A DNA stretch of 63,360 nucleotides, filler included, from a bacterium (GTDB lineage: Bacteria; JAJRZV01), in assembly GCA_024275095.1 (NCBI GenBank). It is 4 parts of 4 records of this genome, joined end to end, with 100 filler letters (N's around TTAATTAATTAA, not from the genome) between each part and the next. Parts side by side here need not be neighbours in the genome. Positions count along the whole stretch, not along the records: positions 25,072 to 42,542 come from JAJRZV010000020.1; 3 more parts are not named here. One strand, given 5' to 3'. A program made the position numbers and the translations under genes. This document shows, piece by piece, positions 31,028 through 40,648 of the stretch (within the stretch, counting starts at the first letter, position 1; each line of letters starts with the position of its first letter). The notes beneath the pieces are model-generated. The model worked only from the letters and a program-made list of their open reading frames with translations. It was not told the DNA's origin and did no database searches.

Positions 31028-33664
31028 CTATTTGAGCACCATGTCAAATAAAAAGCGTGAGGGACGAAGCACCTGATAACCCCGACGTGAGGGGAAACTA
31101 AGTATCACTCTCTGAAGTGCTCTCGTCAGGGCAACGAAAAGAAGCCGCCGCTCTTCCTCCATATCCCTCTGACTGATGGAGCTACTTTCCAAGGGAAAGA
31201 TTCCTTCCGCAAGTCCTGTAATAAATACCACAGGGAACTCCAGCCCTTTCGACGAATGGACAGTCATCAACCGCACTGCATTGGTATTCCATCGGGCGAG
31301 TTCCAGGTCTTCCATGAGTCCTATATGGTCAATGAATTCCTGAATGGTCCCTTTAAATTCTCTTCCTGCTCTGAGAAGCTCTTCCAGGTTTTCGACCTGT
31401 CCCGCAGCCTGAGCTGAACCGCGTCGTTTCAACTTCTTCAGACACCCCGTATCCTCGAGAAGCACCTGCAATACATCTCCTGGAGCAAACTGATGTGGAG
31501 AACGCATGATTTCGGCTCCATACTCTATGAAACGCCTGTACCTGGGTGGTGCATTCTGCTTCATATCATCCGGGAATTCGAACTCGCTGAGTCCCTGAAT
31601 AACGCGTCTTGAACCTGTCAACCATGCCAACCCTTTCAGATACTCTTCCACATTACCTGAGACAAGTGCTCTCAAAATGCCGACGACTCGTGTAACCTCC
31701 TCCCTCTCGTAAAATGCTGTCATGCCCACAAGCGTATACGGAACACCTGAACGGCTGAATGCTTCCTCAAAATTTCGAGAATAAAAATGAGAGCGAAACA
31801 GAACGCATACACCCGAATAACTCACATCACCAGAGCGTACAAGTTCATGAATGCGTCGTGCAACGAACTCCGCCTCCTCTGTATCTGAAGAGGCTCGAAA
31901 GAGTTCCACCTCACCTTCATTTTTTGCAGCTGTAGCCACCAGCCCGGCCTGTTCGTGGCGACTCATAAGATTTTGAGCCACCTGAAGAACCTTCGCCGGG
32001 AGGCGAAAACTCGTCTGAAGAGAAAACTCCACAACCCCGGGAAAATCCTCAACGACCCGGTCCATAAACTGTGTACTTGCACCCCGCCATGAATAAATAT
32101 GCTGGTACGGGTCCCCGGTGATAAAAAGACAGGCATCCTCTGCGGTCAGGAGCTTAATCAGTTCATATTGACTACATGTAAAATCCTGTATCTCGTCAAC
32201 AAATACAGCCTTGAAATTGGCACGCAGTTCTTCCGCCACCTCAGGATGACGATGCATAATCCTACAGGGGAAGTAAAGAAGGTCCTCGTAAGTCAGCAAG
32301 CCTTCGGTTGCCAGACGATTCATCATGTGGAAAATCCTCGCAACATTCATGCGATAGTCACTGCCCAGGCTCCATCTATTCACTTCATCTGCCCGCATCA
32401 ACCGTGTTTTTAATTTCTCTGCTTCTCTTACGAGTCGCTTGAGTCTTTTACCTTTTTGCTTGATGTCCAGCTTTTTCAAATACTCATCATCTAAAGGCGT
32501 AACTTCAAAATCTTCCGGTATGCCGACCAGCCAGCCGTATTTTCTGAGGATTCTCAAACCGATACCGTGAACAGTATCAATGAGCATTTCGTGAACTTCA
32601 CGCCGCAGTATTTTCTCCACGCGTTCCTTTACATCAGCTGCGGCCTTGCGCGTAAACGTGGCTACCAGCATGGAAGAAGGTTCGAGTTCCTTCTTTTCAA
32701 CGAGATAACATATCCGATGCACCAGGCAGGTCGTCTTTCCCGAGCCGGCACAACCCTTTAAAAGTATCCGGCGATGCTCACACTCCACCACACGTCTCTG
32801 GCCCTCGGTCAATTGCAAGCCTTCTTCCTTTACGGAAGTTTCCACAAGGACAGCCTTTCTCACTCGATGGGCACTTATAGCTCCGACATCTACCAGTGCA
32901 TCTCTAAACTCTTCTGCACTTGCAAATCGCTCCTGAGGATTAACGTGCATGGCCTTTCCCACAACCTGAGCAAGCGACGGAGGAACCGAAGAGTTAATCA
33001 CAGTAACAGGTGCAGCTCTGCCCTGAAAAATAGCCTTTCTCACCTCTTCCAAGGAATCACCGGTAAAGGGCTGAACTCCTGTGAGCATCTCATAAAGAAC
33101 CACCCCCAGCGAATAAATATCTGAACGTTCTGTGAATTTACCCGTCCATCCTTCGGGCGGGAGATATACAGGGGTGCCAGCCATAGAGGCGGAGATGGTA
33201 CCTTTCTTCAGAAATCGTGCAAGACCGAAATCCGTAAGTTTCACCTCACCTTGCGGCCCCAAGAGTATGTTTTCGGGTTTTATATCCCGGTGAACAACCC
33301 CCTGTTTGTGAGCATACTCAAGTCCTTCCAGCACACGACAAGCAATTTCTACAGCCTTCTCCACCCCCGGAGGATCTTTATCCATCAGATGCCTGAGAGA
33401 CCCACCCTCCACATATTCCATCACCATTACCAGGCGACCATCAATAAAGTCGGCATTGTAAAATCTAACAATACACGGGTGGTAAAGACGTGCAAGAACT
33501 CGTGCTTCATCTTTAAGCACCTGGACTTCCTTCGGGGAAAGACGCGATACCTTCAGGGCGAATTTTTCTCCAAGAATGGAATCTTCTGCCAGATATACAT
33601 CTCCAAATGCCCCTCCTCCCAGCCAGCGCAGTATGGAATATTTACCAATTCTGGTGGAAATCAA
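31028..33664 (-). CDS. Hanks-type Ser/Thr kinase fused to a UvrD/PcrA-like SF1A helicase
   Basis: Kinase motifs LGGGAFG, ALK, HRDIKPEN, DFG and GTPVYLPPE. Helicase motifs GCAGSGKT, TFTRKAA, VDEIQD, GDPYQHIYSWRGA, TVHSSKGLEF and EERRLLFVALTRA. Confidence 0.92.
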   Translation of the reverse strand: MISTRIGKYSILRWLGGGAFGDVYLAEDSILGEKFALKVSRLSPKEVQVLKDEARVLARLYHPCIVRFYNADFIDGRLVMVMEYVEGGSLRHLMDKDPPGVEKAVEIACRVLEGLEYAHKQGVVHRDIKPENILLGPQGEVKLTDFGLARFLKKGTISASMAGTPVYLPPEGWTGKFTERSDIYSLGVVLYEMLTGVQPFTGDSLEEVRKAIFQGRAAPVTVINSSVPPSLAQVVGKAMHVNPQERFASAEEFRDALVDVGAISAHRVRKAVLVETSVKEEGLQLTEGQRRVVECEHRRILLKGCAGSGKTTCLVHRICYLVEKKELEPSSMLVATFTRKAAADVKERVEKILRREVHEMLIDTVHGIGLRILRKYGWLVGIPEDFEVTPLDDEYLKKLDIKQKGKRLKRLVREAEKLKTRLMRADEVNRWSLGSDYRMNVARIFHMMNRLATEGLLTYEDLLYFPCRIMHRHPEVAEELRANFKAVFVDEIQDFTCSQYELIKLLTAEDACLFITGDPYQHIYSWRGASTQFMDRVVEDFPGVVEFSLQTSFRLPAKVLQVAQNLMSRHEQAGLVATAAKNEGEVELFRASSDTEEAEFVARRIHELVRSGDVSYSGVCVLFRSHFYSRNFEEAFSRSGVPYTLVGMTAFYEREEVTRVVGILRALVSGNVEEYLKGLAWLTGSRRVIQGLSEFEFPDDMKQNAPPRYRRFIEYGAEIMRSPHQFAPGDVLQVLLEDTGCLKKLKRRGSAQAAGQVENLEELLRAGREFKGTIQEFIDHIGLMEDLELARWNTNAVRLMTVHSSKGLEFPVVFITGLAEGIFPLESSSISQRDMEEERRLLFVALTRALQRVILSFPSRRGYQVLRPSRFLFDMVLK

Positions 33665-34575
33665 TGAGCTGTCCTGAAAGCCGAGAGGTGTACAGGTTTC
33701 CCATCAAGCACCGTAAGCTTCGAAACAAAGGAGCGTCCGAGAACCCTGAATTCCTCACCCTTTGCAACCGAAGGAAATTTTTCCGTCTCTCCCTCGAAAA
33801 CATCGGATATAAAACGTGTTGCTTTTCTATGAGCTACGGTCCCTCTTTGAGTACTCATGTATAACAATCCCTCAAGCGCGTAGCTCTTCAACAGTTTCTC
33901 AAACTCTTTCTTATACAGGGACCTGTCAAAAAAAATGTCCATCCCGATAACGCGTGAACCTGTAGCAACAAGAAACCCGGAATAATTCTTCAATTCACTT
34001 CCTTCACTGACAAACTGATCAAGCTCCGCCCGCAGCTCATAAAACGCATCTGAAAGACTCACTGTATTCGAACGCACCCGAAGCGTTGTTAACGTTGAAG
34101 AGACGGTACTCCACACACGGCCCTGGTCTGAGTGAAAGGAGCGTCGCGTTCGCAGGTTACGTGTGACACTCGAGCAAAGAATAGCCCTGAGGCTGGGATG
34201 GGAACAGCCTGTGGACCCGGAAAAGGTCCCGCGGCCAGACCATCTCCCCTGCTCCACGCAGGACACAGGCACCACAGCTTCGCCCATGGGGTCAAGGATG
34301 ACACTGGTGTTGAACACGCGGTTCTGCAAAGCACCGTATATCTCCTCGCCCTCAAGAATAAAAAGAAAATCATCCGCTGAATTCCTCACGACAACAGACT
34401 CAACACTCGCACGATCGAGCTCTTCCACCTGCACACGCCCTGCTACAAGACCCTCATCGAGAACAATAAACGGCAACACTTTTCTTTCTTCGGCCTGGAG
34501 CGGGAAAACGGTCAGGTTTCTCCACAGCAACGGCTCATTCACCTCTGGTTGTGAACAAATATCCCTTAACCTCAT
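33661..34575 (-). CDS. ARPP-1 (DUF6569)-like domain protein
   Basis: NLTVFPL, LDEGL, V.E...V..V.V.N, EGEEIYGALQNRVFN, VPVSCVEQGRW, DQGRVW and LLKSYALE match this family as I recall it. Confidence 0.75.
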   Translation of the reverse strand: MRLRDICSQPEVNEPLLWRNLTVFPLQAEERKVLPFIVLDEGLVAGRVQVEELDRASVESVVVRNSADDFLFILEGEEIYGALQNRVFNTSVILDPMGEAVVPVSCVEQGRWSGRGTFSGSTGCSHPSLRAILCSSVTRNLRTRRSFHSDQGRVWSTVSSTLTTLRVRSNTVSLSDAFYELRAELDQFVSEGSELKNYSGFLVATGSRVIGMDIFFDRSLYKKEFEKLLKSYALEGLLYMSTQRGTVAHRKATRFISDVFEGETEKFPSVAKGEEFRVLGRSFVSKLTVLDGKPVHLSAFRTAH

Positions 34576-34925
34576 CTCGGTTCACCTCCTTGCTTCTCTT
34601 CCACTGCAAGTAATTTTACATCATGCGTACGTGCGAATGCCCCAAGGTCATCACCCTCAACATCCATGATTTCAGGCATCTCCCGGGTAAGCACGCCCCT
34701 CCTTTTGTGACGGTGCATGTACACCACAACAAAACCTTCAACAGGAAAGGAACGGAGCGAAGCCATAACAGGTACAAGTTCATCTTCAATAACAGAAACA
34801 CCTGTAAACGGTTCCTCTGATAACGGTACCGGGAACACGCGCGTCTGATATACGCCCTGAACCTGGTCAAGGGGTATGATTAAGTACTCCCCTCGCAGGT
34901 CAGCAGGTATTAAAAGACACCGCAC
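34572..34925 (-). CDS. Small CheW-like domain protein
   Basis: IPLDQVQGV...VFPVPLSEEPFTGVSVIEDELVPV resembles the CheW core. Confidence 0.6.
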   Translation of the reverse strand: MRCLLIPADLRGEYLIIPLDQVQGVYQTRVFPVPLSEEPFTGVSVIEDELVPVMASLRSFPVEGFVVVYMHRHKRRGVLTREMPEIMDVEGDDLGAFARTHDVKLLAVEEKQGGEPR

Positions 34926-34933
34926 GGCCTACT

Positions 34934-35254
34934 CTAACTCAGCAAAAAGTATACTGCTTCATTCTTGACCACCGCGCCGGCAAGAAATATTTGATTCCGT
35001 GCTGTTTTCACCTCATCCGGAAGTTCATGTATCCTGTCAATCTGGAAAATTCCTTTCACCACATCTGCAGGATAAGCTGTAATAGAGCCCTCTCTCATAC
35101 AGAATATGACAAATCGGCCTGTACGTGTCTCAGAAAGCGGGGTTATCACTTCTTCAGGTACACTTTCTTCCTGACAGTCAACAATACGCTCAACCCTTTC
35201 AGCTTCAACAGCATATCCCACACCATCTTTTTCCATGAGCAGGAATACCATCAT
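34934..35254 (-). CDS. Small, degenerate CheW-like protein
   Basis: GYAVEAERVERI...ADVVKGI...IHELP...LAGAV..NEAVYFLL resembles CheW start and end segments. Confidence 0.5.
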   Translation of the reverse strand: MMVFLLMEKDGVGYAVEAERVERIVDCQEESVPEEVITPLSETRTGRFVIFCMREGSITAYPADVVKGIFQIDRIHELPDEVKTARNQIFLAGAVVKNEAVYFLLS

Positions 35255-36981
35255 TACTCTCTTACAGTCTTTTCATTTTCTATCATAGATTTCAATCGAA
35301 GGGTACACTCCTGAAAAGGTATGTCCTGACGTTCACCAGTGCGCCTCACCTTCACCTCCACCATTCCCTCACTGGCCTTCCGGCCAACTATCACGTGGAA
35401 AGGGAATCCAATAAGGTCTGAGTCCTTGAACTTCACGCCGGGGCGCTCATTGCGGTCATCTATGATCACATCTACCCCTTCACCGGAAAGTGATGAGTAC
35501 ACTTTTTCAGCCACTTCCCGTTGAGCTGGATAGGTTGGATTGAGAAGTATCACGACGGCCTCGAAAGGCGCCAACGGCACGGGCCAGATAATGCCGTCTT
35601 TATCATGATTTTGTTCCACAGCAGCAGCCATGGTGCGACCCACTCCTATTCCGTAACACCCCATGATCATGGGTCGAGAGTTGCCTTCTTCATCGAGAAA
35701 ACAGCATTCCATTGGTTCACTGTATTTTGTGCCCAGCTTAAACGTATGCCCGACCTCTATGCCGCGCTTTTCCATGAGCACACCGTTTTCACACCTGGGA
35801 CATCTGTCCCCGGAAACAGCAAACGCAATATCGGCCAGCTCTTTTACAGCAAAGTCTCTTCCGGGATTCACGTTGACAAAATGGTGGTCTTCTTCGTTGG
35901 CTCCGGTCACCCCGTTCACAACTTCCGCCACAGAATAATCGCACACAATCCGAACTTTACCCTCCATATTCACGGGACCTGCAAAACCGACGGGTGCACC
36001 CGTTAAATTCTCAATTTCTTCCGCCGTGGCCAGCTCCACCCGCTCTGCTCCCAGAAAGCGCGTTAGTTTGTTTTCGTTGATCTCCCGCAAACCTGCCGTG
36101 ACTGCCATGACAAGGCTTCCGCTATCCACCTTGTAAATCAGGGTTTTGAGCAAACGATTCTTGTCAACCTTGAGAAAAGCACTTACCTCTTCCACAGTTC
36201 TCTTTCCCGGCGTGTGAACCTTCTCAAGCGGCCTCTGCTCCTCGTGCACGCTCGCATTTTCCCTTCTCCGCTCAGCCCGCTCGCGGTTGGCCGCATAGCC
36301 GCACTTCTGACAGTACATGATAAGGTCTTCTCCAGTCTCTGCTATCACCATGAATTCATGGGAAAAATGTCCGCCTATAGCACCCGTTTCTGCTTCCACA
36401 GGCTGAAACTCAAGTCCACACCGTTTGAAAATTCTCACATAAGCATCAAACATGCGCCTGTAGCTGTCCTCAAGGCCCTTCTCATCCACATCGAAACTGT
36501 ACGCATCCTTCATGCTGAACTCCCGCGCCCGCATGAGCCCAAAGCGGGGCCTGATTTCATCACGGAACTTCGGGCCTATCTGGTAAATGATAAGGGGCAA
36601 ATCCCTGTAAGACCTGACATCCTTGCGTACGAGATCAACAACCACCTCTTCGTGTGTTGGTCCCAGGCAAAACCACCGGTCAGAGCGATCCTTGAAACGC
36701 AGAAGTTCTTTGCCGTAAGCATCCCACCGGCCTGTCTCCTTCCACAAATCCGCAGGAATGGTAAGCGGCATACTCACCTCTACGGCACCGGCACGGTTCA
36801 TCTCCTCGCGGATAATGTTTTCAACCTTTCTGATAGTTCTCAAACCAAGTGGGAGACCATCGTAAATGCCTGAAGCGACTTTACGTATGAAGCCCGCCTT
36901 TACAAGGAGCCTGTGCGACGGAACCTCCGCGTCACGGGGGGCTTCTCTCAATGTGGGAATGTAGTAGTGGCTCCAGCGCAT
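35254..36981 (-). CDS. proS: Proline--tRNA ligase (with editing insertion)
   Basis: Motifs PTLRE.P.DAE..SH, LGPTHEE, FRDEIRPRFGLMRAREF, GIEVGH.F.LG and MGCYGIGV.R. Confidence 0.98.
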   Translation of the reverse strand: MRWSHYYIPTLREAPRDAEVPSHRLLVKAGFIRKVASGIYDGLPLGLRTIRKVENIIREEMNRAGAVEVSMPLTIPADLWKETGRWDAYGKELLRFKDRSDRWFCLGPTHEEVVVDLVRKDVRSYRDLPLIIYQIGPKFRDEIRPRFGLMRAREFSMKDAYSFDVDEKGLEDSYRRMFDAYVRIFKRCGLEFQPVEAETGAIGGHFSHEFMVIAETGEDLIMYCQKCGYAANRERAERRRENASVHEEQRPLEKVHTPGKRTVEEVSAFLKVDKNRLLKTLIYKVDSGSLVMAVTAGLREINENKLTRFLGAERVELATAEEIENLTGAPVGFAGPVNMEGKVRIVCDYSVAEVVNGVTGANEEDHHFVNVNPGRDFAVKELADIAFAVSGDRCPRCENGVLMEKRGIEVGHTFKLGTKYSEPMECCFLDEEGNSRPMIMGCYGIGVGRTMAAAVEQNHDKDGIIWPVPLAPFEAVVILLNPTYPAQREVAEKVYSSLSGEGVDVIIDDRNERPGVKFKDSDLIGFPFHVIVGRKASEGMVEVKVRRTGERQDIPFQECTLRLKSMIENEKTVRE

Positions 36982-37063
36982 GCTCACCTCCTTTATCTAA
37001 TCTGCATCTGTAATGCTTGTATTTAACAACTGCAAAATATCCCTTCAAGAATATAGAGATCAC

Positions 37064-37561
37064 TCAAAGAGGAAAAATTCGCGTAATCCAGTTGGCCACA
37101 AGACCGGCGATGGGCGGAAAGAAAAACGTACTTGCGAGGTGCAGGAGAGTGAACTTTATGCCAAGTATTCCCACCTCAATAGGCAACCGGCTCAATGCAC
37201 CCAATGCCCATGCTGTAACGTAACTGACCATCGTTCCAATGGCAGCGCCGGAAGCAATAAAACCAGCTGCAATGGGAAACACCACGAACGGGCCGCCGGG
37301 TGTGAGAAAACCGGCGATGGTACCCACCAGAACGCCCTTCAGCCCGGATTCCGGCCCCACCCATTGAACTATAATTTCCCGGGGCACGAGCACCTGGACA
37401 AGCCCGGAAACAGCCAGCGCGAAAACCAGCAGGGGCAGAATCCGAACAAGCAAGCTCATTCCCATTTTCAGGCCGAGGATGTGCTCTCCCTGACCGCGGA
37501 AGTACGCGATAAGAAAAAGCAAACCCGCCACCACCGCCATGAACACTGTAGGAACCAGCAC
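37064..37561 (-). CDS. Small predicted permease (DUF318/ArsP-like)
   Basis: Hydrophobic protein with WVGPESG.KG...G...PGGPFVVFPIAA. Likely GTG start at 37561. Confidence 0.7.
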   Translation of the reverse strand: MLVPTVFMAVVAGLLFLIAYFRGQGEHILGLKMGMSLLVRILPLLVFALAVSGLVQVLVPREIIVQWVGPESGLKGVLVGTIAGFLTPGGPFVVFPIAAGFIASGAAIGTMVSYVTAWALGALSRLPIEVGILGIKFTLLHLASTFFFPPIAGLVANWITRIFPL

Positions 37562-37728
37562 GTTGTTTCCCTGACCTTCTCCGTTCTTCACTGTCCGGTG
37601 ATTGTACCAGGGTAAAAAACACAAAGCCACACATAACAGATTCACCTCATGGTGTAATCGAACAAATCAGCTTGTTAAGCATTCTTTCCTTCATCCCCTG
37701 CAAAACACGCCACTGGTTCCTCAATAAG

Positions 37729-37759
37729 GAAAACCCCGGTCAAATCAGGACACCGGGGG
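37729..37759 (-). terminator. Possible intrinsic terminator
   Basis: CCCCGGT/ACCGGGG stem followed by TTTT on the minus strand. Confidence 0.3.
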
Positions 37760-38019
37760 CATACCAGCCCGATTTTTTTAGACGCTTACGTTTTTTTCTG
37801 GCAATTGACAATTTATCTTTCACAAACTCTTTTTTTACCGGAATTTTCAACATTACTTGCTACTCATTAAAATTCTTAAAAAATCTTGACAGGTAGGAAC
37901 TATAGATGGTAACAATGCAGTCAGTGCACTGGATAGGGGACACGTGGCGGGAGGGACAGCTTACAAAGATGCGTTTATGGGCTTTCAAAACACTCTTTCT
38001 TTAATGGAGGGAGGACAAA

Positions 38020-38739
38020 ATGAAAAACCACAAAAAAACCACTTTAATCAAAAGGCACGCGTTATGTTTGGTAGGGATTTGCGCGTTTGTCTATTCATGT
38101 GTATTTGGACATTCTTATACAAAATACGAATTTTCCAGCGTTACCGCAGCAAAAATACCGTTCAAAGTAAACAAAATAGTTCAGCTCCCCACCCTGATGA
38201 TGCTGGACGAATGTGCATACGAGAGCGGGCACATGTACGACCACGTGGTAACCGAAAGCCTGAAAGCTGTCCTTTCAGGGCGTCAGATAGATTTCATTCC
38301 TGTACAGGCAGTTTATGAAATTTTCAGCAACGACCTTCGAAACACCGAAGATGCTTACACGTATCTGGCCGGCCTCCAGTACTCTCCTCGAGGAGCACTG
38401 TTCCTTTTCAGGAAAATAGCCGAAAACACCAAAGCAGAATACGGGGTGCTACCCATTGTGTATGTATCGACCGCGGAGACATACGTCAGGAAAGAAGCCC
38501 GAACATCAACCGGGCAAAGCATGGAACAGGCCCGGGGCCTTTCACTTTACGAATACGTCATTGTCTCGTTCGTCAGGTTAACCGACGGGAAAATACTCTA
38601 CCAGTACTTATACGGTGATTGCACGGAAGGCGGACTGGGTGGATATGCCGAATGCGCGTTTGACCCTGTAAGCACGAAAAAACTGACCCGGATAGTATCA
38701 AACGCAATGGAAGCGTTTATAAACAAAACAAGCCGCTGA
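38020..38739 (+). CDS. Hypothetical lipoprotein
   Basis: GGAGG SD; basic N-region, hydrophobic stretch, then VYSC. Confidence 0.65.
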   Translation: MKNHKKTTLIKRHALCLVGICAFVYSCVFGHSYTKYEFSSVTAAKIPFKVNKIVQLPTLMMLDECAYESGHMYDHVVTESLKAVLSGRQIDFIPVQAVYEIFSNDLRNTEDAYTYLAGLQYSPRGALFLFRKIAENTKAEYGVLPIVYVSTAETYVRKEARTSTGQSMEQARGLSLYEYVIVSFVRLTDGKILYQYLYGDCTEGGLGGYAECAFDPVSTKKLTRIVSNAMEAFINKTSR

Positions 38740-38749
38740 GGAGGGGGTC

Positions 38750-39382
38750 ATGGAACGTAAACAATTCACGTTTATACTGCTTTTCATCATAGCAGGTGTT
38801 GTCCTGTCAGGCGGTTGCGCTTCAGCATACAGAATGGCCTACGGTGTACCGGAATTTAAAAGCATGGGCAGCAGAATTCCTTCGGGCGCGTCAATCATAG
38901 TCCTGCCCCCTGTCAATGAAACCCCGGTGAAATTTCTGGCAATGCTATTCCAAGAGCAACTGGTTAACGGCATAAAGAAAAATCGAAAAGGATTCAGGGT
39001 AACAAATGCTTATCAAATGTTTGGATCTGATAAAAATACGGCGGCCCTTTACGACAGGTGCATAGACGAACTGAGAGCCGATAAATTTAAAAATATTGAC
39101 AAAGATTCGTGCGTTGCCGTTTATAACAAAACAGGCGGAGACGTAATCATACTGCCGGTGATTAAAAACCTGAACCTCCATCTGGATGTAAAAATATCCA
39201 GGGGCTCCTTCTACATAAAAGTCAAGTCAATCACGAGGGTGTATTATCTGGACGCAAAGATATATGCCTATTCCAGGAACACCGGGGATATTATATTCAA
39301 AACGGATGGTTCTGTTGCGGCAATAAACGACCTGGAAGATTCAATAACCAGACTGGCAGACCAGATAGCCGAAAACCTGTGA
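38750..39382 (+). CDS. Hypothetical lipoprotein (DUF799/CsgG-like alpha/beta fold suspected)
   Basis: LSGGC lipobox, IIVLPPVNET and a C-terminal IYAYSRNTGDIIF. Confidence 0.7.
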   Translation: MERKQFTFILLFIIAGVVLSGGCASAYRMAYGVPEFKSMGSRIPSGASIIVLPPVNETPVKFLAMLFQEQLVNGIKKNRKGFRVTNAYQMFGSDKNTAALYDRCIDELRADKFKNIDKDSCVAVYNKTGGDVIILPVIKNLNLHLDVKISRGSFYIKVKSITRVYYLDAKIYAYSRNTGDIIFKTDGSVAAINDLEDSITRLADQIAENL

Positions 39383-39400
39383 AAAAAAGGAGGCACCCAA

Positions 39401-40009
39401 ATGAACGAAAAAATGTGTAATATTGCAATCAGAGCGATCATTTCATGCCTGTACATCACGGCAATCGTCTCCTGTGCACCTTCAATGTCGTCGTATGACA
39501 TGAAGTATCGAAAAATTGATTCGGATACCCGGCTGCTGGTATTAAAATGCATTTTTCCAGAAAACACGGAGCACGCGGCAGCCGCAAAGCTCACATGCCG
39601 GCAGGTGGACTCCATAATCGTTGCTTTGTTGGAAACTGGAAATATATTTAAAAACATTTCACAAGTTTCAAAAAACATTTTGAGCGAATCCGAAAAGAAT
39701 TCTTTAGCAAGCCCCATGATTCCATCGATAGAAAAAAGGGTGGCAATAAAAAAGGTAATTAACAAAATTAACAACTCGGCTCAGCAGGAACCTGATTACG
39801 TGCTCCTGCCTTTTGCAACGGTGGCATATTCCCTCGGTTACAGCGGTATCAAACTGGAACTTTACAACACCCAGGGTGAAATGGTGTGGGAAGGCGGAAA
39901 GGTGATAGATTTAGACGACTTTTTCAACTTCAAAAGCAACCAGGATGTCGCAAACATTACACAGGAACTCATAAACAAAATGTACAATGCTTTATCCACG
40001 GAAGAGTGA
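39401..40009 (+). CDS. Hypothetical lipoprotein
   Basis: IVSC lipobox and PDYVLL...LELYNTQGEMVW. Confidence 0.65.
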   Translation: MNEKMCNIAIRAIISCLYITAIVSCAPSMSSYDMKYRKIDSDTRLLVLKCIFPENTEHAAAAKLTCRQVDSIIVALLETGNIFKNISQVSKNILSESEKNSLASPMIPSIEKRVAIKKVINKINNSAQQEPDYVLLPFATVAYSLGYSGIKLELYNTQGEMVWEGGKVIDLDDFFNFKSNQDVANITQELINKMYNALSTEE

Positions 40010-40052
40010 TCAACGAAGTACGATTCACGACTTCTTTCACCGGGGTAACATC

Positions 40053-40637
40053 ATGATCAAAAAGTACAAATGCAACTCAAAATGCCTGGGCCTGTTAATT
40101 ACCTTACTCTTCCCGGTCGTGGCCGGATGCGGCGACATGACACGACTTCCAAACATAGCTGGCAGTTACGAGGGTTTTGTAATTTACACTGACACCACGT
40201 GTGATTGGCCTCTTCCGGCATCCTTTCCTCTGGAAATAACATTTCAATACAAAAGTTTTCCCACAACCATCGAGATTACGATGGACCCCAACCTAATTTT
40301 GTTAAACACGTTAGAACCCGCAGATATTAAATTTGAACAACATCCCTGCATTAAAATTTCCTATGCCACTCCCAGGAATCTGGAAGGCGCAATGTATAAC
40401 CAGCAGGGGAATTTCGCTATTTACACCCCGTCTGAATATGGAATTACCATTACCACAACGTGTTCACCGTATCTTTACATGAGCCTGAGGATTGTACCAT
40501 TTAACGGCCACTACAATGAACAATCGCATAAGGTCGACATAAACGGTACAATATCAATATTCATAAGCCCGGACATCTTCTGTAAATACTCCTGCAGAAT
40601 AACAGGTTATAAAAAAGATAAACATAAAATCGAATAA
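40053..40637 (+). CDS. Hypothetical lipoprotein
   Basis: VAGC lipobox after ATG 40053; beta-rich sequence. Confidence 0.6.
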   Translation: MIKKYKCNSKCLGLLITLLFPVVAGCGDMTRLPNIAGSYEGFVIYTDTTCDWPLPASFPLEITFQYKSFPTTIEITMDPNLILLNTLEPADIKFEQHPCIKISYATPRNLEGAMYNQQGNFAIYTPSEYGITITTTCSPYLYMSLRIVPFNGHYNEQSHKVDINGTISIFISPDIFCKYSCRITGYKKDKHKIE

Positions 40638-40648
40638 AAGGGCGTGAA

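Noticed and set aside
37740-37853. 37-aa Lys/Arg-rich minus-strand ORF (MLKIPVKKEF...)
   Set aside because: The basic composition follows from A-rich intergenic DNA; there is no convincing SD or homology.
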